Shown piece after piece: positions 24,391 to 40,800 of a stretch of 64,000 nt of DNA. Source of the stretch: Callorhinchus milii (taxonomy: Eukaryota); contig NW_024704747.1 of the NCBI RefSeq assembly GCF_018977255.1, forward strand, positions 1,426,001-1,490,000, in the 5' to 3' direction. Each line of letters begins with the position of its first letter. Position 1 is the first letter of the stretch. The notes under the pieces are model-generated. The model searched no databases. It saw only the letters and a list, made by a program, of their open reading frames with translations, and was not told the DNA's origin. The translations under genes were made by a program, and so were the position numbers.

Positions 24391-24767
24391 GACGGCGCGG
24401 GAAGTGACCGGAGGGGGAGGGGTCCTTCGTGGCCGCTTCCAGGCGTCCACACACACACACACACACACAAAAAAGAAGGCCTTTCATTCGCATATCTTTT
24501 TTTTAAAAAAAAAATAAACCCCGAAAACCCGCGCTCCTAAAATCAAAAAAAATTACACCGCGAGAAAAAAAAATTCACCCGAGAACGGTGTTGAATTATT
24601 GTGTGTGTGTGTGTGTGAGGGAGGGGGAGAGAGGCATTGTGCACAGGCACCTGTCTTGGACAGCTATGTGGCGGGGTCCTGACTCGCCGGCGGTCGCGCT
24701 CTCTCTCCCTCTCTCTCTCTCTCTCTCTCGCCGCCGCCATTGAGGAGTCGGTAGTGACGGTCGGGCT
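24391..24767. promoter_or_regulatory. Bidirectional CpG-rich promoter region between TSN and RPL39
   Basis: The two ATGs are only 377 bp apart. There is an ETS-like GGGAAGTG near 24400, a pyrimidine tract (5'TOP-like) at ~24698-24729, a YY1-like CCGCCAT at ~24734-24740, and a second YY1-like AAATGGCG at ~24939 in RPL39 intron 1. Confidence 0.7.
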
Positions 24768-27294
<2,527 letters not shown>

Positions 27295-28196
27295 AGAGCC
27301 TGAGCCTAACCCGGTTCCAAACCACAATGGATATCACCTGAGGAATCACCATGTGGAGCCAATTGTGTTTTGTTCGCGTTTTCTATTCAGAGAAATAAAA
27401 AATGGTAAAATCTATGTTGGCCTCACGTCTGATTTTTAAACAGTTTGAGGGCTTTGCGACTGGTGAATAAAGTGAGATGTGGCTTTGTGCAGCTCCTGCA
27501 ATACAGGCGTGTGGACTGACGAGGATTATGTTCTGGTTTGTGGTCATCTTGTTTTGACTAGACTCAGGCTTTTGAGAAACAGTGACGTCTCAATGAGCTG
27601 AAATGGCCATGTGTGCAACATACAGGTGATGAGGCTGATCAGGAGGTACAACAATCGTACTACAGTTGACTTCTCTTCCACCTGGAAACCGTTTAATGTG
27701 TGAGCATTGCCAACCGCCACCTACACACTTAGGGAACGGTTCTACCAGTGGGGAGATGCAGAGCTCGAGCAGCAGCTGCTTATGTCTCTGCACGCGTCAA
27801 GATGGACGCTAAGCCCTGGTTATGTGAATGCCCCAACACAATGTGCTTCACAGGAACTGGAGGAAATGGTGTTGGGAGAATTCAATCGTGTTGACGGAGC
27901 GTTTGAGATGTTAAACGGAGGACGTGTTTGTCTGCTCAGGTGGACATTAAGATCCTATGGCACATTGAAAAGGGAGTTTTATCTGATGGCCAACAATCTC
28001 CCAAATAAATTTGGCCATTCACTTCACGCATTATTGACCGTCACATTTACCTGTACAAAATATTCTTTACAGTGAATCCTCTGAAGCGCTCCCGAGACTT
28101 CTATCCACTGGGAAATGCGCTTTTCAAATTTAAGTCGAGGGATTTGAACGCAGGGAGAGTGGCTCCGAGACAAAGTCGATGTCTAACACTCGCAGT

Positions 28197-28228
28197 TTTA
28201 TTAAAAAAAACAAATTATTTACTTTATT
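28197..28228 (-). terminator. Likely STAM2 polyadenylation signals (3' UTR of ~3.6 kb)
   Basis: Two TTTATT (28197-28202, 28223-28228) at the end of an AT-rich UTR-like tract. Confidence 0.45.
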
Positions 28229-30891
28229 GTTTGAAAGAATCAAAGGCCAGTTAAATGTCAGTACAAGCAAACGGTGCATATAATTCTGCTGACGTCTTTG
28301 CATCTAGAATATATTACAGTACTCGCCCGTGAAAGAATAAAATATTTAAAACAAGAATATGGGAAATCTGGAAGAAAATTAAGCCGACGTGCTCCCAATT
28401 ACAATGATCGAGCAGTTAACACACAACAAAAAGATTCAATCCATTCACCACTGTCAACATTTTTTGTCGGGGGGGGGGGGGGGGGAAGGAAAGTAAAATT
28501 CAACTAAACCGCCTATGGTAAGGAATTTTCATATAAACACTCGGAGGAGGCAGCAACTATAATAATAATAATAATAATCCTTGCATTTGATATAGCGCCT
28601 CATCACGTCTTCAGTACATCGCAAAGCACTTCACAGAATGTAAAGCGTCTTGACTGTATATTTTGTGGGTGAAACAATCATCGAAGGAGGCAGCCTGGTT
28701 TTAAGTCTTATTCTGCCGAGTTTTAAATAATTCTGGCAGATAAATGTGAGGAGCCTTAGCTCAAAGCAATATGAGCCACATTCCAACCAGCTGCAGACAC
28801 AATGGAACCACATTTTCAAGAGAGGGGAGAGAATAGAGAGAAAATTGAAAGTTTCTACAAAATATTACAATTTCTTAAGACTTTCTTGGAGACTAGTATT
28901 ACCAGGTAATTATACATTACGGTCTAACCTGCAATATTCAACAATTCCTTAAGAAATCCCTAGAATTTCTGTGGGAACGGGACACCGCTTGGGAAGTCGA
29001 TCACCATCAGTGTGAAACACTTGCGGTTAACGAGAAAGTTGCCTCCATTCATTAAGGAATCCCAATTAAAGAAATATCGTGTTAGACTTGGGTGATCTCT
29101 CTTACGGTGTGAAAATACCTGCACTAGTATCCAGAGCATAGCAGCAACTCATATACAGAAAATAAAAGATAAATTAAAATGCCGATATCTTGCAGACGAG
29201 TCTGGTCATCAACTCGTCTCTTGCCAATAATTACAAAGGATGTTTAAGAACCACTCCATCGCTGGCACCTCTGCCAACCATGTCAAATGACCCTTTAGAG
29301 ATGCCCTCCTGGTTCAGATCCCTATTAATATAAATTGTGTGTGTGGGTTTGAGGAAAGAAACAGTGATGGACAACTTTCATTCCTCTAGTTACGTTATCT
29401 TTGTGACAAAATGCAGGACGTCACACCGGCTGCTTAACTCAAGTTAAAATGACATCCATTCTGGAGGGAACAAAATTCATATAGATTGGACATGATCCAC
29501 ATTTTCACTACTCTACAGGTGAGGAAGGGTGGAATGATGGAAAGCCAATTGGGTGTTCAGTAGAGCCTCTCCTACCCCAAGGACCTTATTTGTGCCTTCT
29601 GAATGCCATTAAGGTTTTTTTTTAAATATAATCGATTCATCAATCACTATACTGTAATGAAATTAGCCCACACATTTGCAGTGTTAAGTATTTATTCCCA
29701 GGATTATTTGGAAGTTAATTGTATCATTTGCCAATAATGTTCCACTTCTGAGCAACACAAGAACAGAAACCAATGCAATCCTGGCAGCTAACTCCAGGGA
29801 AAAAATTTCCCTTTTAGATGCACAAGTAAGAAAATGCAGTTACCCTTTCTAACAAGCAAACAAGGCCATAGAACTGGTGACTGGGGTGCACAGTACTGAA
29901 GTGAACAGTAGCTCATAACACACTGCTTCACACTAATTTTCAAATTCCCCAATGCAAAAAAAAAATGCTATAATGCAACGTTATTCAAGAATTACCAAAT
30001 CAACATCAACCCACAGACAATACCTTACCCTCGTCAAAACCTGGATGTCACCAATACACTCTGAATTGTTATCACCTGTTTCACCAAAACACCAACAAAA
30101 CTCATTTTCAAAAGGACGACAAGCTCTACTCGTTTTAGATCCACAGCTAATATTTCAGCAAATCCTCAAGGGTTTTTGAGCCAGTATCAGTCACCTGCTT
30201 CCTTTTAAGAGACAAAATAGTGTGCCTGGGACTTTTTGGTTCAGTCATGCGGCTTGCAGTTAAGAGATTTTAAGTGGGATGTTTAATTCTAGGCAGACAA
30301 GGGGGTGTGCTAACATGTCACTGAACAGTTAAAAGTTGTGCTCCGCTCAATAAGCTTGTGCGGACATTTTCTATACAGCTTCCAAAAGCCAGGTGAACAA
30401 TATGCAAGCCAAGCCTCAGTCTGGCTGTGCATGCGAGGCAGTGGGTTTAGTTTTTAATGATAACAATTGCTAAACATCGTCTCTTTCCTCTCGCAACTCC
30501 CTAGTGCTGCTGTCTGGAGGCTTACAGTTCTGTCTGCGTTGCCTTTGGGTGAGAGAGTTGGAAGCTGACGTGTCAAAACGTAATAAAGGAGACTTTGCAT
30601 TCAGAAAATAGAAGTTGGAAACTACCTATCAAACTATTCCAATCACCCAAAACTAGTGGAAGGGCCGGAGGCTTCACACAGTTATGTATTTAATTGTTTT
30701 TTTTGGGTGGGGGGGGGAAAAGGATGAACGTTTAGGCCCCATCGGTGAAGAATGGAACTCTTTCCTACACACACACACCCTTCCTCGGGAAGACTTAAGT
30801 TATTGCCCAGAGGGAATCGGAGCCTATCCTGATTCGACTTCAGGATAGGGGACTTTCTCTATGCATTTCTGTTGATAACAGAAATTCAAAC

Positions 30892-31233
30892 TAATAATAA
30901 TAATCCTTGCAATTGATATGTCTTCAAGATGTCTCAAAGCGCTTCACAGAATATACTGAGAAGTGAATTGACTGTGTGTTTTGTGGGTGAAACAGTAGCG
31001 ACCCACAAACAGCCATGGATTGAGTGACCAAATTATTATTATTTTTTTGAAGGAATTGTTACCCCCGGAAAAGCGATCCACCAATCGACTAACAACCAGG
31101 TTCCTATTTACTGCTGGGTAAACAGAGGTGTGTGGAGTAAGGAAACCTGCCCAACGTTTCACCCCGCCCAGGAATTGAACCCAGGTCCTCTCGCTTGCGA
31201 GGCGAGTGCTCTAACCACTAAGCTACAGGACTC
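30892..31233 (-). mobile_element. Near full-length tRNA-derived SINE (Deu-type 3' half, L2-like tail, (ATT)n end), inside the STAM2 3' UTR
   Basis: On -: tRNA-like head TAGCTTAGTGGTTAGAG...CTCGCAA...GGTTCAATTCC (A and B boxes), body ...TTTGTGGG...TGTGAAGCGCTTTGAGAC...TGCAAGGATTATTATT. Dozens of copies or fragments occur in the window. Confidence 0.9.
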
Positions 31234-31863
31234 TACTAACCTCATGACGTTTACTGCAAAGTATTCGGCACAAAGAAAAACATTCGCAACTTTCTTCAAT
31301 CACAGCCCCTTGAGCCGGGGAGAGTGGGAGCAGACAGCACACAATTGTCCTTTGATGGAGACAGGCTGGGAATGCTTCTCTTTAAGGGGCTATGACTGTG
31401 ACGAGGTTGCTTTCATGATTCTCACCAGGGGAAGAACATATCAAAAGTGCCCAGTCCTGGGCAAGATTGAATACAAACTTATTTGACAACACACAGATAC
31501 AGTTTGTAGCTAGAAAAACAGGACTGACAGATTCATTCGAATTGTGAGTGACAGAAAACATAGCAAATTACCCCTTTAATTAAAACACCTGCTACAAGAA
31601 ATGAGAAAGAGAAGGAAAACTAATAAGAGTTTATAAGTGTCCACACAGAGTTTTAAAGGGGTAACTCAATGCAAACCTCGGATGTCAGTGCAATGCTTCA
31701 CTTTGCGAGGCTGACCCTTGCTGAACGCAACCCAATCTTTTCCACAGGTGGTGAGGCAATTAGCACAACAGCATTGAATCCAGTACATTACACTTTCATC
31801 CCAGGACAGGGAGGGAGGGAGGGAGAGAGAGAGAGGCGTGTGTGGTGCTTCCATCAGGATCCT

Positions 31864-34800
31864 TTAAAGCAGAGGCTGCTGGAAATAGCTGGAATGTTGC
31901 TGAGGGCCGTGCTGGAGCGGAGCGGCCATGGAATAGTTGGGGGCCTGCGGGCCGCTGGCAGTAGTGTTCTGATAGGCTGACAGATCGCTCCCCATTCCCA
32001 CCTGGGTTGTGTAGGGAGCAGCGGGTGCAGGCACTGCCTGGTTGATGTAAGACACGGGTGGGCCGGCGCTGTTTAAAAATAGAGGGGCATTAGGAGCACA
32101 GCAACTCACAGCGCCCATTACCACAGGAAAATAGCTCAGCCCAAAGAGAAAAGCGTCCAACCACCTCACAATAATCCTTGCAATTGACACAGCGTCTTAT
32201 CCCGTCGTTGAGACGTCTCAAAGCGCTTCACAGGATACACGGTGAAGTGGATTCACTATTTTGTGGGAATAAACACGCCAACCAATTGTACACAGCAGCG
32301 TCCCACAAACAGCCGTGGATTGAGTGACTTGTGTGAGTTTTACTGTATTACAAAGCCAAGGATGCAAAACGGGGGCTGAATCTCTCAAGTGCTGATGTTA
32401 CAGAGAACAGCTCCACATAGCGAAGGTTTGACAACCCAGTGAAACGTTCAACAGCCCCACCAGGAATAATAGTGGTAGTGCAGCGGGCTGCAAGGACACA
32501 CATAAATATAAACAGTTAAATAAAGGCTAACTCACCAGAAATTTTGCAATGTCAAGCAGCTGAGAAACATTCACCCCCCCCCCCCCCACACCGGATTTAA
32601 TGCCATCATCCAATGATTTATTCTCCCCCCACCCTTTGGAACTCCCATCCCAGTCCCTCCGCCACACCCCTCTCTTGCCTCCTTCACGGTACACCTCAAT
32701 ACAGGGCCTTCGGTAATCCTCCTACCCTTCACCCTCCCTGATCCAATCCCCAGCTCGGGTCCAAATCCCTAACTGTCCAGCGCCTTGTGACGTCTTATCG
32801 ACATGAAAGTTGCTGTGTAAATGTCATTTGTTGTTGTTGAGGGATATTACAGTTCGTGGGTCAGTGTGTCCACACCGGCTGGATCAGCTTACCTTAGATA
32901 AGGTGGTTGACTATTCTGGTTGGAAGCAGACGAGTTGACTGTGGGTGGCATAGATCGCAATGGGCCGATCTGATCAGGGCCTATGTACCCCTGACCAGGT
33001 ATGACCTGGGAGATGCCCCCAGGCATGTACGTGCCACTCTGGGCTTGTCCCGGGTAAACCTGCACACAACACAAACAAAACTTCTTACCATTCGTTGTTT
33101 AGCCCACAATTAATAATGATAATAATCCTTGCATTTGATACAGCGCCTTATCATGTCATTGAGATGTCTCAAAGCTCTTCACAGGATACACTGTAAAGTG
33201 AATTGACTGTATATTTTGTGGGACAAAGGCAGTAGCCAATTGCGCGCAGCACTCATGGATTGAGTGACCACATTTTATTTGGGGTGGGGGGATTTGGCCA
33301 GGTCACTGAGAGAGAGAAAGAAATGCCATTCTCCTCGCGAATTAGTGCCGCAGGATCCATCTGAACAGGCAGACGGGATCTCACATTGATGAGACGTCTC
33401 AAATCACTCCACAGAACACTGTAAAGTGGATTGACTGTGCATTTTGTGGGCAAAACGCAGCAGCCAACTGTGCACAGCAATGGTGGATTGAGTGACTAAC
33501 ATTTTTTAATGATCCTCACATTTGCTCCAAGGGAGATCTCAACAGCCACATAGCATACAAACCTGCATAGGAACAGAAGCAGACTGTTGTGCATAGAAAG
33601 CCTGAGCCTGTGCCTGAGACTGACCAGGACCTTGCGTGTGAGGCTTAGAGTACATGGACGAGTACATGGGCACATCATTCATCAACTTGTTACACAGCTC
33701 CAAGGCTTCCAAAACCTTCACGTTCAGCTCGGAAAGCTCAGAGTGCTTCCTGAGGGAGAGAGCAGTTACACACTGGTCAGGCTATAGCTCTTTTTTTTGT
33801 CAGGAAATGATTCATTTGCGATGCAAGGAAGGACAGAGGTTTTGACATACAGAACCACGATACAGGGTTGCAACATATTCAGTGCCACAACTAGGATTTC
33901 AGTCATTACAATGTCCACAAACGATAAGGCCTGAAGTAGTTGTGAGTGCAATTTATAATAATACTTGCATTTGATATAGTGCCTTATCTCAACGTTGGGA
34001 CGTCTCAAAGTGTTTCAGAGAGCTGTACTGTAAAGCATACTGTATACTGTAAAGTGTAGTGACTGAATTTTTTAGGTGATTTGTTACAAACAGCAGGGAA
34101 AACAAAAGCATTGGACATCTTGTCTGAATTCCTACCTGTCAATTTCTTCCAGCTTTTCATCAATAATGGGTCCCATCTGTTGACAGACATCTGACAAATA
34201 AGAGAAACAGTATAAATTAAAATCAGTACCCTGATCAGATCAGTACTGCACCTGAAAGGCTGGCTGGGCAGCACAGTATCAACGTGTTTGTTTCAGATCC
34301 TTTGTGCGTGCGTGCGTATGGGTGTGGGGTGTCTGTCTATCTGTCGGGTGATATCAGCCTGTTGCTCAGTTAACTGCTGTCGCCTCAAGAGTCTGAGGGT
34401 TATGGGTTCAAGCACATATCCTCACTGGAGCTCGTCGTCTAGGCTAGTCCAGCCTTTTGGTTGCTGAGGGCCGGGTGCCCTATTTGAGAAATTTTTTTTT
34501 GTTTGTGTTTCCCTTGGAGAAACATAACATTTACAGGTTATAGAGGGAACAGGCGGGCCAGATGAAATGGGGGGGGTGGTGGCGGGGAGGGGGAGAAAAG
34601 CAGATGATGAAAGCCGGTTGTACCACTCTGCTTGAGGCCGATGCTCCAATGCAGTAATGGGGAAAGTAATGCATTGTCGAAGGTGCTGTCTTTCAGACAT
34701 TAAAGGTCCTGACTACTTTTTGAGGGGAACATTAACTTTTGCCCCATTATTGTATACATTTTAAATAACTTGCTTGCATCAATTAAAGGAACAGGAAACA

Positions 34801-37800
34801 TAATTCTGCAACTACACTGTAAACGGGAAGTTGTTTAAATGACAGTTTCAAGATTTTCAAAAGGGATAAGATTTCCACAGAAGCTTTTTTAAAAAAAATA
34901 TTAAGAAATGTTGATCAATGTGAAGGACTTGAATTCCTAAAAAAAAAAATCCTAAAAGAAATATAGAAACAAAGAATCTTGCAGCACAGAAGGAAGCCAT
35001 TCGGCCCATCATGCCTGCTCTTTGGAAGAGCTACCAACTAGTCCCACTCCCTCGCTTTTTCCCCATAGCCTTGCAATTTTTTTTTCCTTTTCAATTATTT
35101 ATCCAATCCTTTTTGAAAGTTATTATTGAATCTGCTTCCACCACGATCAGGCAGTGCATTCCAGATCGCAACAACTCTCTGGGCAAAAAAAAATTCTCAA
35201 CTCCCCCTTGTTTCTTTGGGCAAGAATATATAATGAAAGCATCACAAAACAGTTTTAGTGCATGATATAAAAGAAGTAGGCTATGGCTTCCTTCCTCCCC
35301 CAAGCCCTATTGTGGAGTATTGGTGCCTTTGATGCTCAGAGTGAATTACCTTCCAGGTGGAGCAGACCTGGGGAGTCCAGCTCCTGAATGGTGGGGTCTG
35401 CGTTCTGCAGCAACTGCAACACCTGGTTCATCTTTTCCTGTAAAATTAAATGGGAGTTGGTTTAGATCCAGTTCTGAGCAGGTGTAGCTGTCATCACACA
35501 ACACTGCCTGTCACTAAACACTGAAATGGTCATCTCCGTTGCAGACTAGTTACTGTCTCAGAGGGAAGGCACTGCCCACAAGCTCAGCTATATCAGCAAA
35601 GCTCACAAACTGTAATTAAATGAGATGGCTACTGCACTCATCTACAGAAACAGTCACTACACTTTACAGTGCTTAGAAACAGTTTAAGACCGTGCAACCT
35701 CTTTCTATTATTTGCCACAAACTACACAGTCACTGCACTTTACAGTAAATCTTGTGAAGATTACTGTAAATAATAAGCTACTAATAATAATTTGGTCGCT
35801 CAATTTCATAACTGTTGTGGGACACTGCTGTGTGCAATTAGCTGTTACGATTTGCCCACAAAATACAGTCAATTCACTTTACAATATATTCTGTGAAGCG
35901 CTTTGAAACGTCTCAATGATGTGATAAGACTGTATCAAATGCAAGGATTATTTTTATTATTATGAAAATACAGCAAAGGTATTTCCATCTTAAACAAAGT
36001 GAAACTGAACACAAAGTAAAAGTCTCATCGATAGATTTCATGTTAGAGACACAGACCTCGTCTATATAAACCGGCTCAGGCTCGGACGGCTGTAGTTCTT
36101 GTATAGCCGTTTCCTCCACCACTACCGGCTTCTCTGCAACCACTGTGAAAAACACAAGGGAAATAGCTTCAGAAGTCATTAAAGCGTCCACACACATTTT
36201 ACACTGCACTGGTAAACAGTTCATTCAGTCCCTTTATTGGCTCAATCTTAGATATCTTAATCCAGTCTTCCTGCCGCATTTCTGCATCTATGGACCATGT
36301 GGTGAAGAAACATCTCCTGACCTCACTTTGAACCCATTTGGTAGAAGACCTCTAGTTCCCTTATGACAGGGGAATCTCTAACAGGTTTTCTAACATCTCT
36401 GTAACCACAGAGCAAGTGATAACAGGAAATTCACATAAAACATCAACCAGACTTCATCATCGTAATGCAACTTAACAAAAAAAAACAGGAGGGGATATTT
36501 ACATCATGGCTCTTAAAGCTGTAAAATTCACCTTTTGGGGTACGGGGGCGTTTCATTGATTTCCCTCTCCCTGAAAGGTTGCCACCCAAACAGCTCCTCA
36601 GTGGAGCTCTCTGATTAAAGTGCTGCTGGTCATAGGAACATAGGAGCAGGAGTAGGCCATTCAGCCCCTCGAGCCTGTTCCACCATTTTATTAGATCATG
36701 GCTGACCGGTACCTCAACTCCAATTATAAAAGGTCATGGAACAATAGGAATGTATATATTCCAAAAGCTGGCATCCACGAGTCAGAAGGGCACAAAGTGA
36801 TGGGACAATGTGGACATGGAGAACAGTGTGGTGGGAGTGGAAGGAGGTCTGACCAGTTTGATACAATAAGCATCCAAAGGACTTCCCTCCCCAGTATTCC
36901 CTGGAGGAGTCTCTTACCTGTTTCCGGCTCTGCATTTAGGCTGGTTGACACAAAATTTGAAGGGAAAAGACCGACTCCTCTGCCCGTCTCGCCTTTCCAC
37001 CAGTTTGGGTCACTGTACAGAACAAAACATGGCTGCTGTTACCTGGGCTGTGCAAACCCAGACATGACCGTGCCTGCCCATCAATTTACACGTAGCTCAA
37101 TTTAGTCTCTGTTTGATGCGGTTTATGAAATTGGCCAAATCTGGTATAAAAACATATTCATCTCGTTAATCCAAACCATCCCACATTAGGAATTAAGAAA
37201 GAGCACAAGTAATGTGAGAATGTTATAACTTAGCATGATCCCCTTTGGTGTTCGAGTGATGGGAGGCATACCTGTCATCTAAAATGGTGATGATTTCTCC
37301 AGCTTTGAAGGTAAGCTCGTTGTCCTCAACGGCCTCAAAGTCGTACAAGGCACGGACCATGCGGACCTCAGTCATGCGGCTGTTATGAAAGCTGTCTGCT
37401 GTAGGGTACAGGGATTTGGTCTCCACCTGCTGTTGTGGTTTCTGCTCCTGCAAAGAAAGTTCAATAGCTAGAAAGGAAGAAAAACAAGATGTTAACTTCT
37501 GTCTGTTACTTAATGGGCCAATTACACCCTTTGCCGTTAGTCAAAAGAACATACAGTTTCCAGGACAAAATAAAACCCCTCATTGCCATGGAATACTTTG
37601 AAAAGCTACTGAACCCAATGCTGGCTCAGTCGCTGTAACTCTCAACCCTGGGTCAACAAAAGTTTGGGTTCTGGCTGCTGCAATGTTGGAGCTGCCGTCC
37701 TTCAGATGAGACATTAGGACCAAGGTCCCACCTGCCTGTTCTCGGGGTCATGGCCCACGTGAAGGTTATCTAAAAAAAAAATGCATTAAAGACAATAATG

Positions 37801-40800
37801 GATTGACTGCGTATTTTGTGGGAGAAATGCAGAAACCGATTGCGCACAGTTGTGTTCCACAAACTGTCATGGATTAAGTGACCATTTGGTCCTCTTTTTT
37901 GGAGGGATAATTACTCCTGGAAAACAATCCACTAGTTGACTAACAACCGGGTTCCTACCTACTGCTGGGTAAACAGAGGCATGTGGAGTAAGGAAACTTG
38001 CCAAAGGATTCGTGCTACCCGGGAATCAAACCCAAATCGTCTAATCAAACCCAGATCCACTATTCTACAGGACTCCACCCAGGTCTGCTTGAAACTGCAC
38101 TCCAGTGCCAAATGGCAGAGACGGACCCACCTTGAGTTGGAAACTGTCCACCCGTTCCCTTGATGGCAAATGTCATCTTTTTGTTTTTTAAAAAAAAGTG
38201 AAAGATCACATTAATTGTTCTTACCTTTAGCCAGAGCCTCTTCTTCAGCATTTCTAGCAACAGGTGCAGTGCCATTTTTGGAGGGTTTTGAGGTGCCCTG
38301 GTTAAAAAGGTTTGAGAGGTTATTTGTTCGGAACATTCCTTGCCCAACGTTCCTCCAACAATGCGAAGTGTTGATAAACGTCACCTCCCACCGGCTTGGT
38401 GTTGTGCTCTGCCACTGTCTGGGACGCTACCCTACGTGAGGGGTGCTATAAACATGCAAATTGTTGTTGTAGTTTGCCTTGGCTTCTCATAACTTTTTCT
38501 TTTGGGAGCACCTACCGTTTGTAATGCAGTCTCCACCCCCCACACACACCGTTACTTCTCTAACAGAATTCCTGAGACTCCTGCAACCCAGAAGCCAACT
38601 GACCAAGGGCACTCTTGGCTGCTCGACATCAGATTCTGGAACCTTCTGCAGCAGCTCGTGACAAGTGGCAAGTGCTGCATGTCCACAACGCCTTGTACAG
38701 TCTTCCCATCAGAACAAAACGTCTCAACCTACCACAGGCATTTCCAAACATATCAGAAGACAAGCTGCCCCTTAGACAACAATTACACAGTAACAAAGGA
38801 CGAGTGAGTGTCAAGTGTAATGACATTAAAGATAACAGGGAAGCTAAATACTCCTAAGACAATTAAATAGACAGATGTAATTACAGGCCCTTGAAAAACA
38901 CTTCAATTCAGAGGATGGTACCTGAGAGCTGGCCGAGGGGAATGACACACCATCTTCTTTAAGAGCTTTGATGGTGGCCGTGATGAGGCTAAGCTGAGCG
39001 TCCTTCTGAAACTCCTCCGACCATTCAACCATGAGCGCCTTCAGCTTCTCACACACTTTCGGGTGAACCTGAATACAAAGAAGAGTAATGGTATAAGTAA
39101 ATGGATTGTTCCTCAGTTACCACAGGAAACGCCTGCCTCCTTGATGTGAAACACCCACAAAAAACAGCCACTTTACAAAACTGTATTTACTGTAAAATGT
39201 TTGAAACACAAGGCAGTACAAAATAGCAAGTTTTAGGGGGGCTTTCGCACAAATAACATTGTCAAAACTATCAAAATGGGAGACTTTACAGAGCATGAAT
39301 GAAAGTGGTCAGATTGTTGTCAGCATCTCATTACTAATGTGGCTTTTCTGTTCAGATACTAGTAACTGAAGCTCTGAGAGTTTGACAGGAACAGTTACAT
39401 ACATTTGAGCAATCAGGCAAGTTGCTAAATACTAAGTGTCATATTAAGGAAATGAGTATTATCACAATGACAGATCAGATGGGAAGCATCTTCCATATTT
39501 GAAGCAAACAACGCAAGGCCTGTAAAAGCTTTCCCGTTCCTCCACACTCCTCTCACATGTCTGTTTCTCAGACAAGAGTCCCATTACCTGCACGTTCCTT
39601 CCTCTGGAGATTAATGTAAAATATGCGTAGATGCGCTCTTCACAACATTCATTGTTGACCAGCAACAGTATACAACCCTTACATTTGATATAGCTTCTAC
39701 AACATAAAAAATTCTGAGAGCACAGTATATCAAATGCAAAGAATATTATAACTACAACATTCATTATAAATCCACCCGATTGATAAGCCATTTACAAGCC
39801 ACTCAGATTTACTGTACCTTATTATACACACTTAATAAATTGCTAGCTTCAGTCGTGAAGTCACGAGAACAAATCTCCAGGTGAAAGATCTTCCCACAGT
39901 TCGATACACAGGCACCCAGTAACTGCAAGATTGGGGTAAAGAGAGAAAAGTTAATTTCATTTTCTGTTAAGGTGAAAGTAAATGACAGGGAAGAAAGAGA
40001 AGACAACATTCTTTGAATAACGTGGGAAACTTACATCATCAACTGATCTGACCTTTGGAGGAAGAGATAAAATACAAGTGTGGTCACTGGAGATCGGCTA
40101 GTTTTACCATGTCACAAGCTGTTAGTGGTTGTCAGAGTTCTCATTCAGAAAATACTGAAGCAACAACAAGAGATGACATTTACAGTGCCTTTCACGTTGG
40201 AAGGACATCCCAAGCCGCTGGACAGTCAGGGATTTAGACCCGAGCTGCGGCTTGGGATCAGGAGGGCAGGGAGGGTTGCGGTAGGAGGGTGACCGGAGGC
40301 ATGGTCAAAGAGGAGGGTCTTGAGATGGGTCTTGAAGCAGGCAAGGGAGCAAGGCGAAGGGACTGTGGGATGGAGTTCCAAAGGACGGGGGCAGAAAGGC
40401 TGAAGGCCAACCAGACACCTGGAACAAACTTAATTCAAACAAGAGAGCTTGCATTCCCCTACTTCATGAAAAACACCTTCAATGGGGTTCCCGCTACTGA
40501 AAGTCACAGGGACAGCCAACCAAAGAACTACTCAGTAAATACTCAAACACATGGTACTGCTATAGGTACGAAATATAGGAAACTGGGCAAAGCGAAAAAC
40601 ACCATGTTTTCACAGTGAGCAATGTAGGAAGTGGCAAAAAGAGACTCACCGTTAATGCCTTCATTGCCACGTGAGGATTTTTGTGAGTCACTCTCTTCAT
40701 GATAGCTTTCAGACAATCTTTGGGCCTAAAGTTAATAGAGCAGGACAGAAACGTACATGGTTCACACTGAAATCCACATGGAATTCCTCAAAGGACTACA

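Noticed and set aside
23476-24540. Long Pro/Ser/His-rich ORFs (354 and 325 aa)
   Set aside because: They are translations of the stop-free minisatellite in TSN intron 1.
27707-28075. 122-aa ORF between the RPL39 and STAM2 3' ends
   Set aside because: Non-ATG start, no recognisable domain and no splice support.
31160-31233. tRNA-Ala-like gene (also at ~10480-10551, ~7705-7770, ~50675-50740)
   Set aside because: These are SINE heads that continue into the SINE body and lack a proper acceptor stem.
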